Below are positions 37,808-48,353 of a stretch of DNA of 64,000 nucleotides, in pieces. Origin of the DNA: Candidatus Aenigmatarchaeota archaeon (GTDB lineage Archaea; Aenigmatarchaeota; Aenigmatarchaeia; CG10238-14; SCSR01); the NCBI GenBank assembly GCA_030615205.1, contig JAUWZS010000002.1, positions 131,212 to 195,211 on the forward strand, written 5' to 3'. How positions within the stretch are numbered: position 1 is the stretch's first letter; every line of letters begins with the position of its first letter. The position numbers and the translations under genes were made by a program. Under the pieces are notes generated by a model. That model had not been told where the DNA came from, made no database searches, and worked only from the letters and a program-made list of their open reading frames with translations.

Positions 37808-38392
37808 ATGCCATTAGTAGTCACGCACGTTCTTGTGCCGATAATATTCTTGGAACTTATCAGGGACAATTGGAAAACACGCAAGTTCAAAGCATCCAAA
37901 TTCTTCTCGAAAAGACACATATTCCTTATAGGGCTGGCCGGGCTTTTGCCAGACTTGGACGTGCCTATCTACAGGGCACTCGCACTCGTAGATAAATCAA
38001 TTTCTATTGTCGATATGGGACATAGAGTAATATTTCATAATCTGTGGATCCCGCTAGGTTTCCTCGGGTTTTTTGTTTTGTTTTACTACATCTTGCCGAA
38101 ACTATGGGAACTGAAAAAAAACAAAGCGCAGAAATTGAAATCCTTTGGAAAAGTGTTTCTAGTGCTCCTTATCGGATTCTCGATTCACTTGATGCTCGAC
38201 GCAGTGCTTACAGGACATGTTATGCCTTTTTATCCGTTGGGTAATTACCTCGTGAATTGGGACTTTGTCGGCCGAGCAGCATGTGCAACAGGTATACCTG
38301 GACTCACAATCCTAGTTTCTATGGATGCGTTGCTTTTGATATTCTGGCTCTGGCATGAAGAAATGGGTCATCGAATAAAGGATTATTTTTGA
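37808..38392 (+). CDS. membrane metal-dependent hydrolase (YdjM-like)
   Basis: TH, LPDLD, HRVIFHN, HLMLD motifs. Confidence 0.85.
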   Translation: MPLVVTHVLVPIIFLELIRDNWKTRKFKASKFFSKRHIFLIGLAGLLPDLDVPIYRALALVDKSISIVDMGHRVIFHNLWIPLGFLGFFVLFYYILPKLWELKKNKAQKLKSFGKVFLVLLIGFSIHLMLDAVLTGHVMPFYPLGNYLVNWDFVGRAACATGIPGLTILVSMDALLLIFWLWHEEMGHRIKDYF

Positions 38393-38454
38393 ATATTTTC
38401 AGATGTAGAGTTGCACCACAAAACTTATTAAGAAGCCGAAATATTACTTTTCTA

Positions 38455-38560
38455 TAGTTCGCTAAGCATATAGCAGTTATAACATTTATGCGAACTGAAA
38501 CAAGGACCTACAGCGCATCGGATGTGCGCAATATAATATATACCCCGCTCGGATGTAGTC
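38455..38560 (+). ncRNA. candidate structured RNA / leader upstream of HAD gene
   Basis: AGTTCGC/GCGAACT, GAC(C)TACA/TGTAGTC and GCGCA/TGCGC stems; TTATTAA about 30 nt upstream. Confidence 0.35.
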
Positions 38561-38603
38561 ATTTCTATCGATTTCTGGATTTTTCAAAAAATGAGAATGG
38601 TAG

Positions 38604-39233
38604 GTGGTTGTGATGATTAAGGCGATAATTTTCGACATAGGCGGAGTGGTACTTGAATGGCCCACTCGATTGGAAGTTGATGTAATTTATAGATATATTG
38701 CAGAAAGATTTGGATTTAATTTTGAAGAAGTAAAAGAAAAAATCAAAGCCTTGGTATATCCTCTGAAGGGTGGAGAGATAACTGAAAAAGAATGCTGGAG
38801 TAGATTTTTCAATTCCTATGGTAAAGCTCTGCCAGATGATTGGAAAGACCTATGGCAAAAGATATTCAGAGAAAAGGCAAAATTAAATGAAGATGTAATG
38901 AAGACAGTAAAGGCGCTTAAAAGCAATGGTTATCAACTCGCAGTGATCACAAACACTATACCTTCCCATAATGCTTGGGTAGAAAAAATGAAGTGGTACG
39001 AGCCTTTTGATATCTTAGTTATCTCTTGCAAAGATGGAGTAGTAAAGCCCGAGCCTGCTATATTTGAACTTGCATTAAAGAAGCTCGGATTGAAAGGACA
39101 CGAATGTATTTTTATCGATAATGTTGAAAAGAACATCCGCGGTGCTGAGCGTGCGGGCCTGCATGGTATTCTTTTTGAAAATGCTGAACAAATGAAAAAA
39201 GATTTGGAAAAATTTGGTGTTAAAATTGAGTGA
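38604..39233 (+). CDS. HAD superfamily phosphatase
   Basis: IIFDIGGV, VITN, VKPEPAIF, FIDN. Confidence 0.9.
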   Translation: MVVMIKAIIFDIGGVVLEWPTRLEVDVIYRYIAERFGFNFEEVKEKIKALVYPLKGGEITEKECWSRFFNSYGKALPDDWKDLWQKIFREKAKLNEDVMKTVKALKSNGYQLAVITNTIPSHNAWVEKMKWYEPFDILVISCKDGVVKPEPAIFELALKKLGLKGHECIFIDNVEKNIRGAERAGLHGILFENAEQMKKDLEKFGVKIE

Positions 39234-42063
39234 AAGTGAAATTAAAATTGAAGAAAATATTTTTGGAAAACTGAACCCGCAATTGAAAAAACTTGTGAAA
39301 AAGAGGTTCAAGCAGCCAACGCTCCCGCAAAGCTTGGCCATAACTCCGATTCTCGCAGGCATGAACATAATGGTCATTTCTGAGACAGGAACAGGAAAAA
39401 CAGAGAGTGTAATGCTCCCAATATTTTCGATGCTTTTGGACAAAACTTCGAAACCAATCACAGTGCTTTACATAACACCTCTTAAAGCGCTTAATCGTGA
39501 TTTGCTTGACAGGCTCATCTGGTGGGCGAACAAGCTCGAGTTGGAAATTGCTGTGCGTCATGGCGACACTTCACAATACCAACGAAAGCAGCAAACAGAA
39601 TTCCCGCCACATATGCTTATTGTAACACTTGAAACATTGCAGCCTATTCTTACAGGAAAAAGAATACGTGAGCATTTGCGGAATGTCAAGTATGTAATTT
39701 TAGATGAAGTACACGAGACTGTGGAAAGTAAACGCGGCATACAGCTTGCATTGGGATTGGAGCGGCTTAAAAAACTGTGTGGCGACTTTCAGTTGATTAT
39801 GCTATCTGCAACTGTGGGATCTCCGGAAAAGGTTGCAGCATTTTTCTCAGCCGGCCAGAATGTAAAAATCGTTCGTGCCGAGACGCCGAAGCAGTTCGAA
39901 ATAAAAGTCATAAGCCCACGACCAAAGCCGACGGACGACAAAATTGCAAAGAAAGTTTTTACTTCAAAGGAAACTGCTGCACGGTTGAGGACTATCATGG
40001 AGCTTATTAAAGAATCACGCTCTTCGCTGACGTTTACAAATACGCGCGAGTTTGCTGAGATTCTCGCTTCACGTATAAAAACAATCGACAAAGCATTCCC
40101 TGCAGAGATACACCACAGCAGCCTGAGCAAAAGCGTACGTATAAGCACTGAGAAAAAGTTCAAAGCTGAAGAGATAAAATCAATAATTTGCACATCGTCG
40201 CTGCAGTTGGGCATAGACATAGGAAGCATCGACCAAGTCACACAATACATGTCACCACGTAGTGTCACGCAGCTTATACAACGTGTAGGCCGCAGCGGTC
40301 ATGGCATCGAGCGTGTTAGCAAAGGCATAGTTATTGCAACAGACGAAGATGATTGTTTTGAAGCTACTGTAATTGCGCGCCGGGCGCTTGCCGGGCAGAT
40401 AGAGCCTACAAAATCTCACAGAAATTCATTAGACGTGCTCGCGCATCAGCTGGTCGGCATGACACTGGAAGATTGGAAGATTGATCTACAGCAGGCTTAT
40501 CAAACTATAAGAAAAGCCGGACCGTACAATTCGATGAGCTTTGACGAGTTCATGTCTGTATGCAAGCAGTTGCAGCAGATTGGTCTTGTATTCCTCAACG
40601 GCTACATAAAAAAGAAACGTCGTGGCTTCAGCTATTATTTCCAGAATCTTTCGACTATCCCTAGTATTAAGCAGTATAAAATCTTTAACACGCTGGACCA
40701 GAGCTTTGTCGGCGTGCTGGATGATGGGTTTGTGTCTATACATGGCGATCCAGGCACTACGTTCATTGTAAAAGGCGAGCCGTGGCGGATAATCGAGACA
40801 GAGGAAGACCGTATCCTCGTTGAGCCGTCGAATGACATAGAGGCAGCTGTGCCCGGATGGGAAGGCGAATTGATGCCAGTACATTTTGATGTTGCACAAG
40901 AAGTCGGGAATTTGCGCGGCCGTATATACAAACTGCTTGACAAAATGAAGGAAAAAGAAGTTATTGAAGAGTTGAAGCACGAGTATCCGATAGGCGACAA
41001 TGTAGCGAAAAAAATGGTAAAAATAATAAAGCAGCAGAAAAAGCACGACAAGACAATGATTACGGATGACAAAAATATCCTTGTTGAAGATTATGAAAAC
41101 ATTGTTGTGCTCCACACTTGCTTTGGTTCTATTGTAAACCAGACTATCGGTCGATTTCTGGCTACGTTGCTCACGGCACGGCTCGGCTCGATCGGATTGA
41201 AAACAGACCCGTATCGCATAATGATACAGTTCCAACAAAAGAATCTCGGATTGATTAAAGAGATATTGCTAAAGACAAAACCCGAGCATCTACGAAATTA
41301 TTTAGAACTTTCAATCGCGAAAACCGAATTGTTCCAATGGAAATTCGTGCATGTGGCCAAACGCTTTGGTGCTTTTTCACGCGATGCGCAATTGAGCCGC
41401 AGGAAATTAAAAAGTGTTATAGAAGATTATGTAAACACTCCTGTTTTCAAAGAGACAATGCGCGAGATTGAAACTGAGAAACTTGACATTGAACGCGCAA
41501 CAGAGCTGCTCGGCAAAATGCAGTCCGGTGAGATAAAACTAGTTTTCAAACGCGGCATCTCGCCACTCGGCAAAATCGGCATAAAGCACAAGTATGCAGA
41601 AGTCATTGGTCCAGAGCGTCCAACAAAGGAAATCTTCGAACTTTTCAAACATAGGTTGATGAACACAAAAACACGACTCGCTTGCATGAATTGCGGAGAA
41701 TGGACGCAGAGTTACACAATAAAAGATATGCCTGAAGCTGTCAAATGTTCAAAGTGCGGGGCTTTGCTGCTAGCAGTCGTTCATCCAAGACAAAGCAATA
41801 TCCTAAAAATCATCCAAAAACATTTAAAGAAAAAGCGATTGAGGCCAGACGAGGAAGAACTGCTGAACCGCGCGAAAAAGAGCGCAGACTTGTACATAAC
41901 ATACAAACGTGCAGCTGTGATCATGCTTGCTGGCCGCGGTGTTGGACCGTACACAGCAAAAAGAATTTTGCGAAAATACCACGAGAGCGTCGAAGACCTG
42001 CTGAAAAACATACTTGAAGCAGAGCGTGCATTTTTACGTACGAAAAAATATTGGAAGGTTTAA
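39214..42063 (+). CDS. Lhr-like SF2 helicase with C-terminal zinc finger
   Basis: SETGTGKT, YITPLKALNRD, DEVH, LSAT, HHSSLS, QRVGRSGH; CMNC...CSKC. Confidence 0.92.
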   Translation: MVLKLSESEIKIEENIFGKLNPQLKKLVKKRFKQPTLPQSLAITPILAGMNIMVISETGTGKTESVMLPIFSMLLDKTSKPITVLYITPLKALNRDLLDRLIWWANKLELEIAVRHGDTSQYQRKQQTEFPPHMLIVTLETLQPILTGKRIREHLRNVKYVILDEVHETVESKRGIQLALGLERLKKLCGDFQLIMLSATVGSPEKVAAFFSAGQNVKIVRAETPKQFEIKVISPRPKPTDDKIAKKVFTSKETAARLRTIMELIKESRSSLTFTNTREFAEILASRIKTIDKAFPAEIHHSSLSKSVRISTEKKFKAEEIKSIICTSSLQLGIDIGSIDQVTQYMSPRSVTQLIQRVGRSGHGIERVSKGIVIATDEDDCFEATVIARRALAGQIEPTKSHRNSLDVLAHQLVGMTLEDWKIDLQQAYQTIRKAGPYNSMSFDEFMSVCKQLQQIGLVFLNGYIKKKRRGFSYYFQNLSTIPSIKQYKIFNTLDQSFVGVLDDGFVSIHGDPGTTFIVKGEPWRIIETEEDRILVEPSNDIEAAVPGWEGELMPVHFDVAQEVGNLRGRIYKLLDKMKEKEVIEELKHEYPIGDNVAKKMVKIIKQQKKHDKTMITDDKNILVEDYENIVVLHTCFGSIVNQTIGRFLATLLTARLGSIGLKTDPYRIMIQFQQKNLGLIKEILLKTKPEHLRNYLELSIAKTELFQWKFVHVAKRFGAFSRDAQLSRRKLKSVIEDYVNTPVFKETMREIETEKLDIERATELLGKMQSGEIKLVFKRGISPLGKIGIKHKYAEVIGPERPTKEIFELFKHRLMNTKTRLACMNCGEWTQSYTIKDMPEAVKCSKCGALLLAVVHPRQSNILKIIQKHLKKKRLRPDEEELLNRAKKSADLYITYKRAAVIMLAGRGVGPYTAKRILRKYHESVEDLLKNILEAERAFLRTKKYWKV

Positions 42064-42115
42064 TTATCTGATTCCTACTAAGAATATATATTAACTAAGT
42101 AGAGAAAAATTATAT

Positions 42116-43660
42116 ATGAAAAGTGGCTGTAAAATAGCGTCAATCGCTTTTTTCCTATCTTTGTTTGTTTTTTCTAGTTGTGCCCAAGCGAGTACATCTG
42201 GATTGAATTTTGGGACTGTGACTGCGAATACTGGATTAAGTTATGGAGATTACGTTATATATTCTGATCTTGGATCAAATGATGGATGGGCAAGGATATT
42301 AATAACAGATTCCCAAGAAAAGACCATCGACACTTCTGTAATAACTAAAGGTGAGATGAGAACCTTTTCAGATTTAAAATTTGATATAGCTGTCACAGGT
42401 GTAGAAGCATTGCAAGATGGGACTGTAGTCGGGACTGATATAGCTGTCGATTCTGTTGGTAAAATCAAGATCGGCACAATCGATGCTGATACATCTCTTG
42501 TTGTAAAATACAATGTGTATCCAACTTTAGCTGGTAATGACGGATGGGTTAAAGTAATGATAAAAGACGAGTATGATAATGTTTTGGATACTCTGATAAT
42601 AAACGAGGGTGAAACTAAAGAATCGTCTTCTGCAGGACTAGCGATAAACGCAAATGATGTATTAGCACTAGAAGATGGTACAGTTTTATCTGTAAAACTT
42701 ATCGTTGGAAAAGTGGGAACTGTAACTGCTATAGATACGTTAGAATATATGGGATATTCTATTTACTCTGATTTAGGATCAACTGATTATTGGGCGCAAA
42801 TAAGAATTTTTGACGAGTCTGATAACAGTTACCTCCCAATTATTATCAACGAAGGATCCACTCGCACGTTCTTGGATTTCTACATAAAAGTGCTGGATGT
42901 ACGGGCTTTACAAGACGGCACGATCGTAGGTGTCGACTTGATTATTGGGAACAGTAAAAGTGTGAAAACTAACGGCTTTATAGAGCATTCGGGATTGCTC
43001 ATAAATTCTGATTCTGGAGCAGATAACGAATGGGCCAGTATAAAGATTTCAAATATGGAGAATGTTGTTGACACTTTGATAATAAACAGAATGAGTACAA
43101 GAGATTCGAATACAAACATCAGGATAGGCGTCTCCGATGTGGACGCCCTACAAGATGGCACAGTAATTGGCACAGGAGTTGTGATTGGTTCAATAGATTC
43201 TGAACCACCTACGACTACTACTACAACTACTACGCCAGAGGCTGTAACAACCACAACAACAATTGTACCAACAACAATTATCCCAACAACAACCACAACA
43301 ACTACTCCAGAGGATGTAACGACTACTACAACTACTACGCCTGAAGTAACTACAACCACAACAACAATTGTACCAACAACAACCACAACTGTTGGATGTC
43401 CGTCCGGGTGTATCTATAACGAAACTTGTTTCGATTTCGGTATAAGAATATTAGTTGACAATACGCCAGAGTACTGCAATCCAATATCAAAAACATTCGA
43501 ATCTCAAATAGGGGTTAATGCAACATGTCAAAATAACTACGAATGTTTAAGCAACTCGTGCAGTAATGGTGCTTGCGTAGAACCGATGAGTTTATTGACT
43601 GCAATATTAAACGCGTTAAAAGGATTGATCGACTTCTTCAGTTTTAGTTGGATTAGATAG
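42116..43660 (+). CDS. secreted repeat protein (4 tandem ~80-aa beta domains, Thr stalk, Cys-rich tip)
   Basis: ALQDGTVVG/ALEDGTVLS/ALQDGTIVG/ALQDGTVIG repeats; CQNNYECLSNSC.NG.C. Confidence 0.8.
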   Translation: MKSGCKIASIAFFLSLFVFSSCAQASTSGLNFGTVTANTGLSYGDYVIYSDLGSNDGWARILITDSQEKTIDTSVITKGEMRTFSDLKFDIAVTGVEALQDGTVVGTDIAVDSVGKIKIGTIDADTSLVVKYNVYPTLAGNDGWVKVMIKDEYDNVLDTLIINEGETKESSSAGLAINANDVLALEDGTVLSVKLIVGKVGTVTAIDTLEYMGYSIYSDLGSTDYWAQIRIFDESDNSYLPIIINEGSTRTFLDFYIKVLDVRALQDGTIVGVDLIIGNSKSVKTNGFIEHSGLLINSDSGADNEWASIKISNMENVVDTLIINRMSTRDSNTNIRIGVSDVDALQDGTVIGTGVVIGSIDSEPPTTTTTTTTPEAVTTTTTIVPTTIIPTTTTTTTPEDVTTTTTTTPEVTTTTTTIVPTTTTTVGCPSGCIYNETCFDFGIRILVDNTPEYCNPISKTFESQIGVNATCQNNYECLSNSCSNGACVEPMSLLTAILNALKGLIDFFSFSWIR

Positions 43661-43693
43661 TAGAAGCAGAAGCGAAAAAAAATATTGGAAAGT

Positions 43694-44143
43694 TTAAATC
43701 AATCCAAGTTTTTCAAACCAATACTGCCAGACCGGTTCCAGTCTTTTTTCCGATTTTAATTTTTTAATTTCCTCTATACTATACCAACCAGCAGATTTGG
43801 TTTCTCTGTGGCCGCGCTTGAGCTCGCCAGAGGCCTCGCAAGAAAATAAATACCAATAATGTACGCCTATGCCTTTGACACACCAATTCCAGTCCAGTTC
43901 TTCTTCAGCAATCAGCTTACATTTTTCAATCTTTAGTCCGCTTTCTTCTTCAACTTCACGCGCCAAGGCCTGTTCAGCTGTCTCGCCTTCATCAACATGT
44001 CCAGCAGGTCCTGCAAATCCAAGAGGCGGCACGTTCCTATCAATTAACAAATATTTGCCATCTTTTTCAATCAAAGCTCCGACAGAGTAGTGCATTGGCT
44101 TGCCATGTTTTGATTTACCTAATTTCGGAGTTGCTTTGCTCAT
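43694..44143 (-). CDS. NUDIX hydrolase
   Basis: Nudix box GHVDEGETAEQALAREVEEESGL. Confidence 0.92.
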   Translation of the reverse strand: MSKATPKLGKSKHGKPMHYSVGALIEKDGKYLLIDRNVPPLGFAGPAGHVDEGETAEQALAREVEEESGLKIEKCKLIAEEELDWNWCVKGIGVHYWYLFSCEASGELKRGHRETKSAGWYSIEEIKKLKSEKRLEPVWQYWFEKLGLI

Positions 44144-44200
44144 AACAATTAGATAGGAAAGACTCTTTATGAGTTTTTGAGTTTTTAAACGAAAAATAAA

Positions 44201-45460
44201 TTAAACTAAAAATAACTGAATTATAAAAACAATTATCCCGGCAACGAGCAACGGCACAAATGCTTTCTTGATTTCTTTCCAGACTTTCTTGCCGCCTATC
44301 CATCTTGCCAGTAACATTTTTGAGAGCGTATTAGAAAGTGCAGCGATTATTATAGCGTTTATTGCTGTGCTGAGAGGCATGCCGTTGGGCACAGCGGAAA
44401 GAGAAGCCAGGCTTATTGTTATTGCATCCACATCAAAAATCCCAGAAAGCGCGGCTATTGGATAGATAGCAGACGGGAAATAAAGCTTGGCCATATGAGA
44501 AGCGAACAGGACAGCAACAAAAATAATCATGAATTGGAATATCGGCTTGAATGAAATCGGCGAAGTTAATTTAATTGCTGTGCGGGTTCGCCCGATTTTT
44601 TTCCATGTTATATAACTCATAACATAACCAACCACGCCAAGCGCGGCCAACGCAGGCAGCAATGCAAAGGCAATCGCATAGTCAAAAAACGAAACAACAA
44701 AGAGCATCCGGAAAAACATTGTTGATGCTGCAATAATTATTGCGAAAACAGCGGATTTTATTATTTTTTTGTTTCTCTTTGCCATGCTTGCCATCGAGAT
44801 TGTAACTGATGTGCTGCTTGCAAGGCCGCCGAAAAAGCCTGTCAGCCCCAGTCCTCGACTGCCGAGCAGCTTCATCGCAACATAGCCTGCAAAACTTACA
44901 GACATTACAACAACCATGCTGAGCCAGACGAGATAAGGATTTATGGCACCGTATGGATCGATTGGTGCTTTTGGCAACAGCGGGAGCACGATGAAAACAA
45001 GCGCAGCGAATATAATAGCATCACGTACTTCTTTTTTACTACGTTTGTGCGCAAACTTGTGAAGCGGTTCGAGTGAAAACAGAATCAATGTAAGGATTAT
45101 TCCGAGTGATATCGAAATGAAATACGGCTGTGCCTCAAAAAACAACAGCATGCCGATTATATATGTCAAGAAGAACGCTATCTCTGTTGTCAATCCCACA
45201 GAACCGAATTTTTTGAAGTTCACATAATAGCTTATCAACACCATTCCTGCAACCGCGGCCATTCCCACATAGACAAGCCACACACTAGAAATCAGCTGTG
45301 CTATATACGGCGTAAGCACACCAAACAAACAGATAAGTATAAACGTCCTTACACCAGCAAAAATCTCCTTGCTTTTTTTCGCCCGCCATTCCCGTTCTAT
45401 GCCTATCAGCGCACCAATAGCAAGTGATAAAATTATTTTTTCAAACATAAACAAATCCAT
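44201..45460 (-). CDS. MgtC/SapB + DUF4010 membrane protein
   Basis: GALIGIERE, AGVRTF, GLTTE, GGLASSTSVT, SGIFDVDAIT, SNTLSK. Confidence 0.9.
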   Translation of the reverse strand: MDLFMFEKIILSLAIGALIGIEREWRAKKSKEIFAGVRTFILICLFGVLTPYIAQLISSVWLVYVGMAAVAGMVLISYYVNFKKFGSVGLTTEIAFFLTYIIGMLLFFEAQPYFISISLGIILTLILFSLEPLHKFAHKRSKKEVRDAIIFAALVFIVLPLLPKAPIDPYGAINPYLVWLSMVVVMSVSFAGYVAMKLLGSRGLGLTGFFGGLASSTSVTISMASMAKRNKKIIKSAVFAIIIAASTMFFRMLFVVSFFDYAIAFALLPALAALGVVGYVMSYITWKKIGRTRTAIKLTSPISFKPIFQFMIIFVAVLFASHMAKLYFPSAIYPIAALSGIFDVDAITISLASLSAVPNGMPLSTAINAIIIAALSNTLSKMLLARWIGGKKVWKEIKKAFVPLLVAGIIVFIIQLFLV

Positions 45461-45537
45461 AAAGCTCCCGTAATAGAATTAGAAGCCGTTCAAGATAATA
45501 TTTTGTTTTTTTATTTGTGGAGAAACGAATTTTAATT

Positions 45538-46152
45538 ATGTCTCATGATGAAGAAAATAAGATCAAAGCAGTTATCTTCGATATTGGAGGTGTTTATTTA
45601 AAAGGTAGTAGAAAGGACATATACTCTAGTTTATCGGAACAATCCGAAGTAGACTTTGAATTCATCAAAAGCCAACTCAATAAATTTTACACTGAGTTAG
45701 AAGATACTGATTTCTTCTGGAGAAAAATCGCAGACATATTGAAACAGAAAGATTATGGAAAAGTCAGAAAAATATGGTTGGAAGCAGTAGAAAAGAAATT
45801 TGTAGTTAATAAAAAAGTAAAAGAAATTATAGAAAATCTTAAAAAATCAAATTATAAAATTGCAGCTTTAACCGACACAAACATAGTTCACTCAACTTTT
45901 ATTAAAAAAATGGGGTATTATAAACCTTTTGATGTTGTAATTTTATCTTCTGAAGTTGGAGTAAAAAAACCTGATATCAAAATATATAAGATTGTAACTG
46001 AAAAATTACTCTTGAAGCCAAAAGAATGCATCTACATCGATGACAATAAACGTAATTTAATTCCAGCAAAAAAACTAGGTATGAAAACAATTTTGTTCAA
46101 AAATGCAAAGCAGCTTGAAAACGAATTGAATAAACTTGGAATATTGAATTAA
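45538..46152 (+). CDS. HAD superfamily phosphatase
   Basis: VIFDIGGV, LTDT, KKPDIKIY, YIDD. Confidence 0.9.
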   Translation: MSHDEENKIKAVIFDIGGVYLKGSRKDIYSSLSEQSEVDFEFIKSQLNKFYTELEDTDFFWRKIADILKQKDYGKVRKIWLEAVEKKFVVNKKVKEIIENLKKSNYKIAALTDTNIVHSTFIKKMGYYKPFDVVILSSEVGVKKPDIKIYKIVTEKLLLKPKECIYIDDNKRNLIPAKKLGMKTILFKNAKQLENELNKLGILN

Positions 46153-46187
46153 ACGAAATTGTCTAACCTATTTTCACCAACCTATTT

Positions 46188-47051
46188 TTACCAACCGCCT
46201 CCAGCGCCTCCGCCTCCCGATCCGCCTCCACCAAATCCACCACCACCGAATCCGCCGCCTCCGCCACCGCGACCTCTTCCTCCGCCGGCAAGGAATATAA
46301 AGAAAGGATAACATCTCCTTCTTTTCTTCTTTACACATTTTTTATATCCGCATTTTTTGCAGATATGACAAATCATGTTGCCCTTGCGCTCCACACGCAT
46401 CCATGAATGGCATTTTGGGCATATGTGATTTTTAACAGAGATTATTATAGGAGGTAATATAAAAATAGCCAACATGAATAGAAGCAAGTAGCTATAATCG
46501 AACCATAGCTCATCTAACCCATCAGGCTCAAACTCGCCACTCAAAGTTTCGTTGCCTGCGATTATATCAGCAAGCGTTTTCACAGTAAGGTAAAGCCCTT
46601 CGCCATATTTTTCATCCTGGAAATAACTAGTCATATATGCTCGTCCGATGCGGCCTGCTTTTGCATCGTTTATATCTCCCTCCAGGCCATAACCAACTTC
46701 TATTTTCCATCGCCTGTCGCTGATTGCAGCAACTATAAGTATGCCGTTGTCTATTCCTTTTTGCCCGATGCCATTCTTCTCAAACACCTTTACAGCATAT
46801 TCTTCTATCGGCATTGGCTGCGTACTGTTCACTATAAGCACTGCTATCTCAGCTGTGGTTGCTGATTCGAGCTGCGCGGCGTAATTGTTTATCATACTTT
46901 CATACGAGGAATTGATTACGTTCGCAAAATCGCTCACATATGGTACAATAGTTGGTATGTCCTGTGCATGCACTTGTGCGGAAAAAAATAGTAAAGAAAA
47001 TAAAAAAGTAAAGATTAGTGTGGCAAATATTGTTTTTTTCATTTCGAACAA
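46188..47051 (-). CDS. TPM domain protein with Zn ribbon and Gly-rich tail
   Basis: YVSDFA, EIAVL, IGQKG.DNGIL, IEVGYGLEG.I.D, CPKC..CKKC, GGGFGGGGSGGGGAGGGW. Confidence 0.92.
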   Translation of the reverse strand: MFEMKKTIFATLIFTFLFSLLFFSAQVHAQDIPTIVPYVSDFANVINSSYESMINNYAAQLESATTAEIAVLIVNSTQPMPIEEYAVKVFEKNGIGQKGIDNGILIVAAISDRRWKIEVGYGLEGDINDAKAGRIGRAYMTSYFQDEKYGEGLYLTVKTLADIIAGNETLSGEFEPDGLDELWFDYSYLLLFMLAIFILPPIIISVKNHICPKCHSWMRVERKGNMICHICKKCGYKKCVKKKRRRCYPFFIFLAGGGRGRGGGGGGFGGGGFGGGGSGGGGAGGGW

Positions 47052-47075
47052 CCTTTGATTAATTTGCTCAGCCTG

Positions 47076-47651
47076 TTATGCGAATACTTCTGGCGCAGTC
47101 TCAGCACCTTCAGCTGCCTCGAAGTATATCTTCTCTGTGAATCCGAACGCATTTGCCAACATATTTGTCGGGAATACTTTTATTGCTGTATTGTAACCTC
47201 GTACTGCATCGTTGTATCTCATCCTTCCGACTGCTATTCTGTTTTCAGTACCAGCAAGTTCGTCCATCAGGTTGCTGATTGCTGTGATTGTTTTAAGATC
47301 TGGATAGTTTTCGTACACAAGCAAAAGCCTGGCTATTGCCGAGTCCCATTGCTCAGCCGTATCTATCCGCTCGGTCACACTTGTTGAAGTTGCCCATCGG
47401 CTTCTTAGGGTTGTCAATTCTGTCAATAAACTAGCTTCGAACTGCTCATACTCCCTGACAGTATTAACCAAGCTCGGTATAAGGTCGTATCTTCGCTGGT
47501 ATTGCGTCTCTACTTGCGCCCATTTCTCGGTCACTGTTTGATCAAGCCCGACAAGGCCGTTGTACATCACAACGATCCCTATGCCAATCACTGCAATTAC
47601 CACTATTCCTATGAACCAAGGTTGCATGTAGAATGGTTTTTTCTTTGCCAT
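47076..47651 (-). CDS. lemA: LemA family protein
   Basis: YNGLV, W.QVETQYQRR.DLIP.LV, ENYPDLK, ELAGTENRIAV.R.RYN.AV..YN..I..FP. Confidence 0.95.
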   Translation of the reverse strand: MAKKKPFYMQPWFIGIVVIAVIGIGIVVMYNGLVGLDQTVTEKWAQVETQYQRRYDLIPSLVNTVREYEQFEASLLTELTTLRSRWATSTSVTERIDTAEQWDSAIARLLLVYENYPDLKTITAISNLMDELAGTENRIAVGRMRYNDAVRGYNTAIKVFPTNMLANAFGFTEKIYFEAAEGAETAPEVFA

Positions 47652-47767
47652 ATTATCTTTCTTTATTTTTCTTGTTTAAAAATAAGCAGTATTCGCTCAA
47701 GGTCAAAATTCATTTGATTTATATTGTTAGATAAAGGAATTTAAAGATTATTTTCTTAGTTTTAAAC

Positions 47768-48343
47768 ATGACAACATGGAAGAAAGTTACAAGACAAATA
47801 GCAGATTATATTTATGAGAATTATGAGGCTTTGGTTATAATCCCAAAAAAATTAAAATTCGATGGATACAGATTTGAAAAGGCACTGAAAATAATTAAAT
47901 CTGATATTGAAAAAGATTTTGGTGTGGAAGTCTGTACACACACAGTTAAAGCATATGGTCTCAGAACTTTTAATGAACTTAAAGAAGTTAGAAAGGAGGC
48001 ATATAAAAAAGATAAAAGAAGACGACAACAAAGATTGACAGAAAAGCTAAAAGAAACAAGTCCTGATTATGTTGAATTTGTAGAGTCTGTGAAAAGATTT
48101 GAAAGTGGAGAAAAGCCAGGACCAATAGATCCGGGAAATAATTATGTAAGAGTATTATCAGCTTTGGATAACTATGGTGATTCGATGCTATCAAAGAACT
48201 TGGCTAGAAATGTGGGTGAAGATAGCGTCAAAGAACAATTGAGAGTTTTTGCCATGTATGGCTTAATTGGACATCCTACTCAATCAAAAAGTGCGATATC
48301 ACAAAAAGGTACAAAATATTTAAAAAATATTGAATCTTCTTGA
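47768..48343 (+). CDS. hypothetical protein (possible C-terminal winged helix)
   Basis: 191-aa ORF ending GLI...ISQKG.KYL. Confidence 0.55.
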   Translation: MTTWKKVTRQIADYIYENYEALVIIPKKLKFDGYRFEKALKIIKSDIEKDFGVEVCTHTVKAYGLRTFNELKEVRKEAYKKDKRRRQQRLTEKLKETSPDYVEFVESVKRFESGEKPGPIDPGNNYVRVLSALDNYGDSMLSKNLARNVGEDSVKEQLRVFAMYGLIGHPTQSKSAISQKGTKYLKNIESS

Positions 48344-48353
48344 CTAACTAGTA

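Noticed and set aside
38401..38512. Fluoride-riboswitch resemblance (GTTCGC...CTGA...CCTAC upstream of a HAD gene)
   Set aside because: The 5' GGCGATG/P1 and the pseudoknot pairing are missing; kept only as a generic structured-RNA candidate.
43205..43390. ACT/ACA repeat arrays (also ~19430-19490, ~22260-22370)
   Set aside because: They encode Thr-rich linkers of surface proteins; not CRISPR or non-coding repeats.
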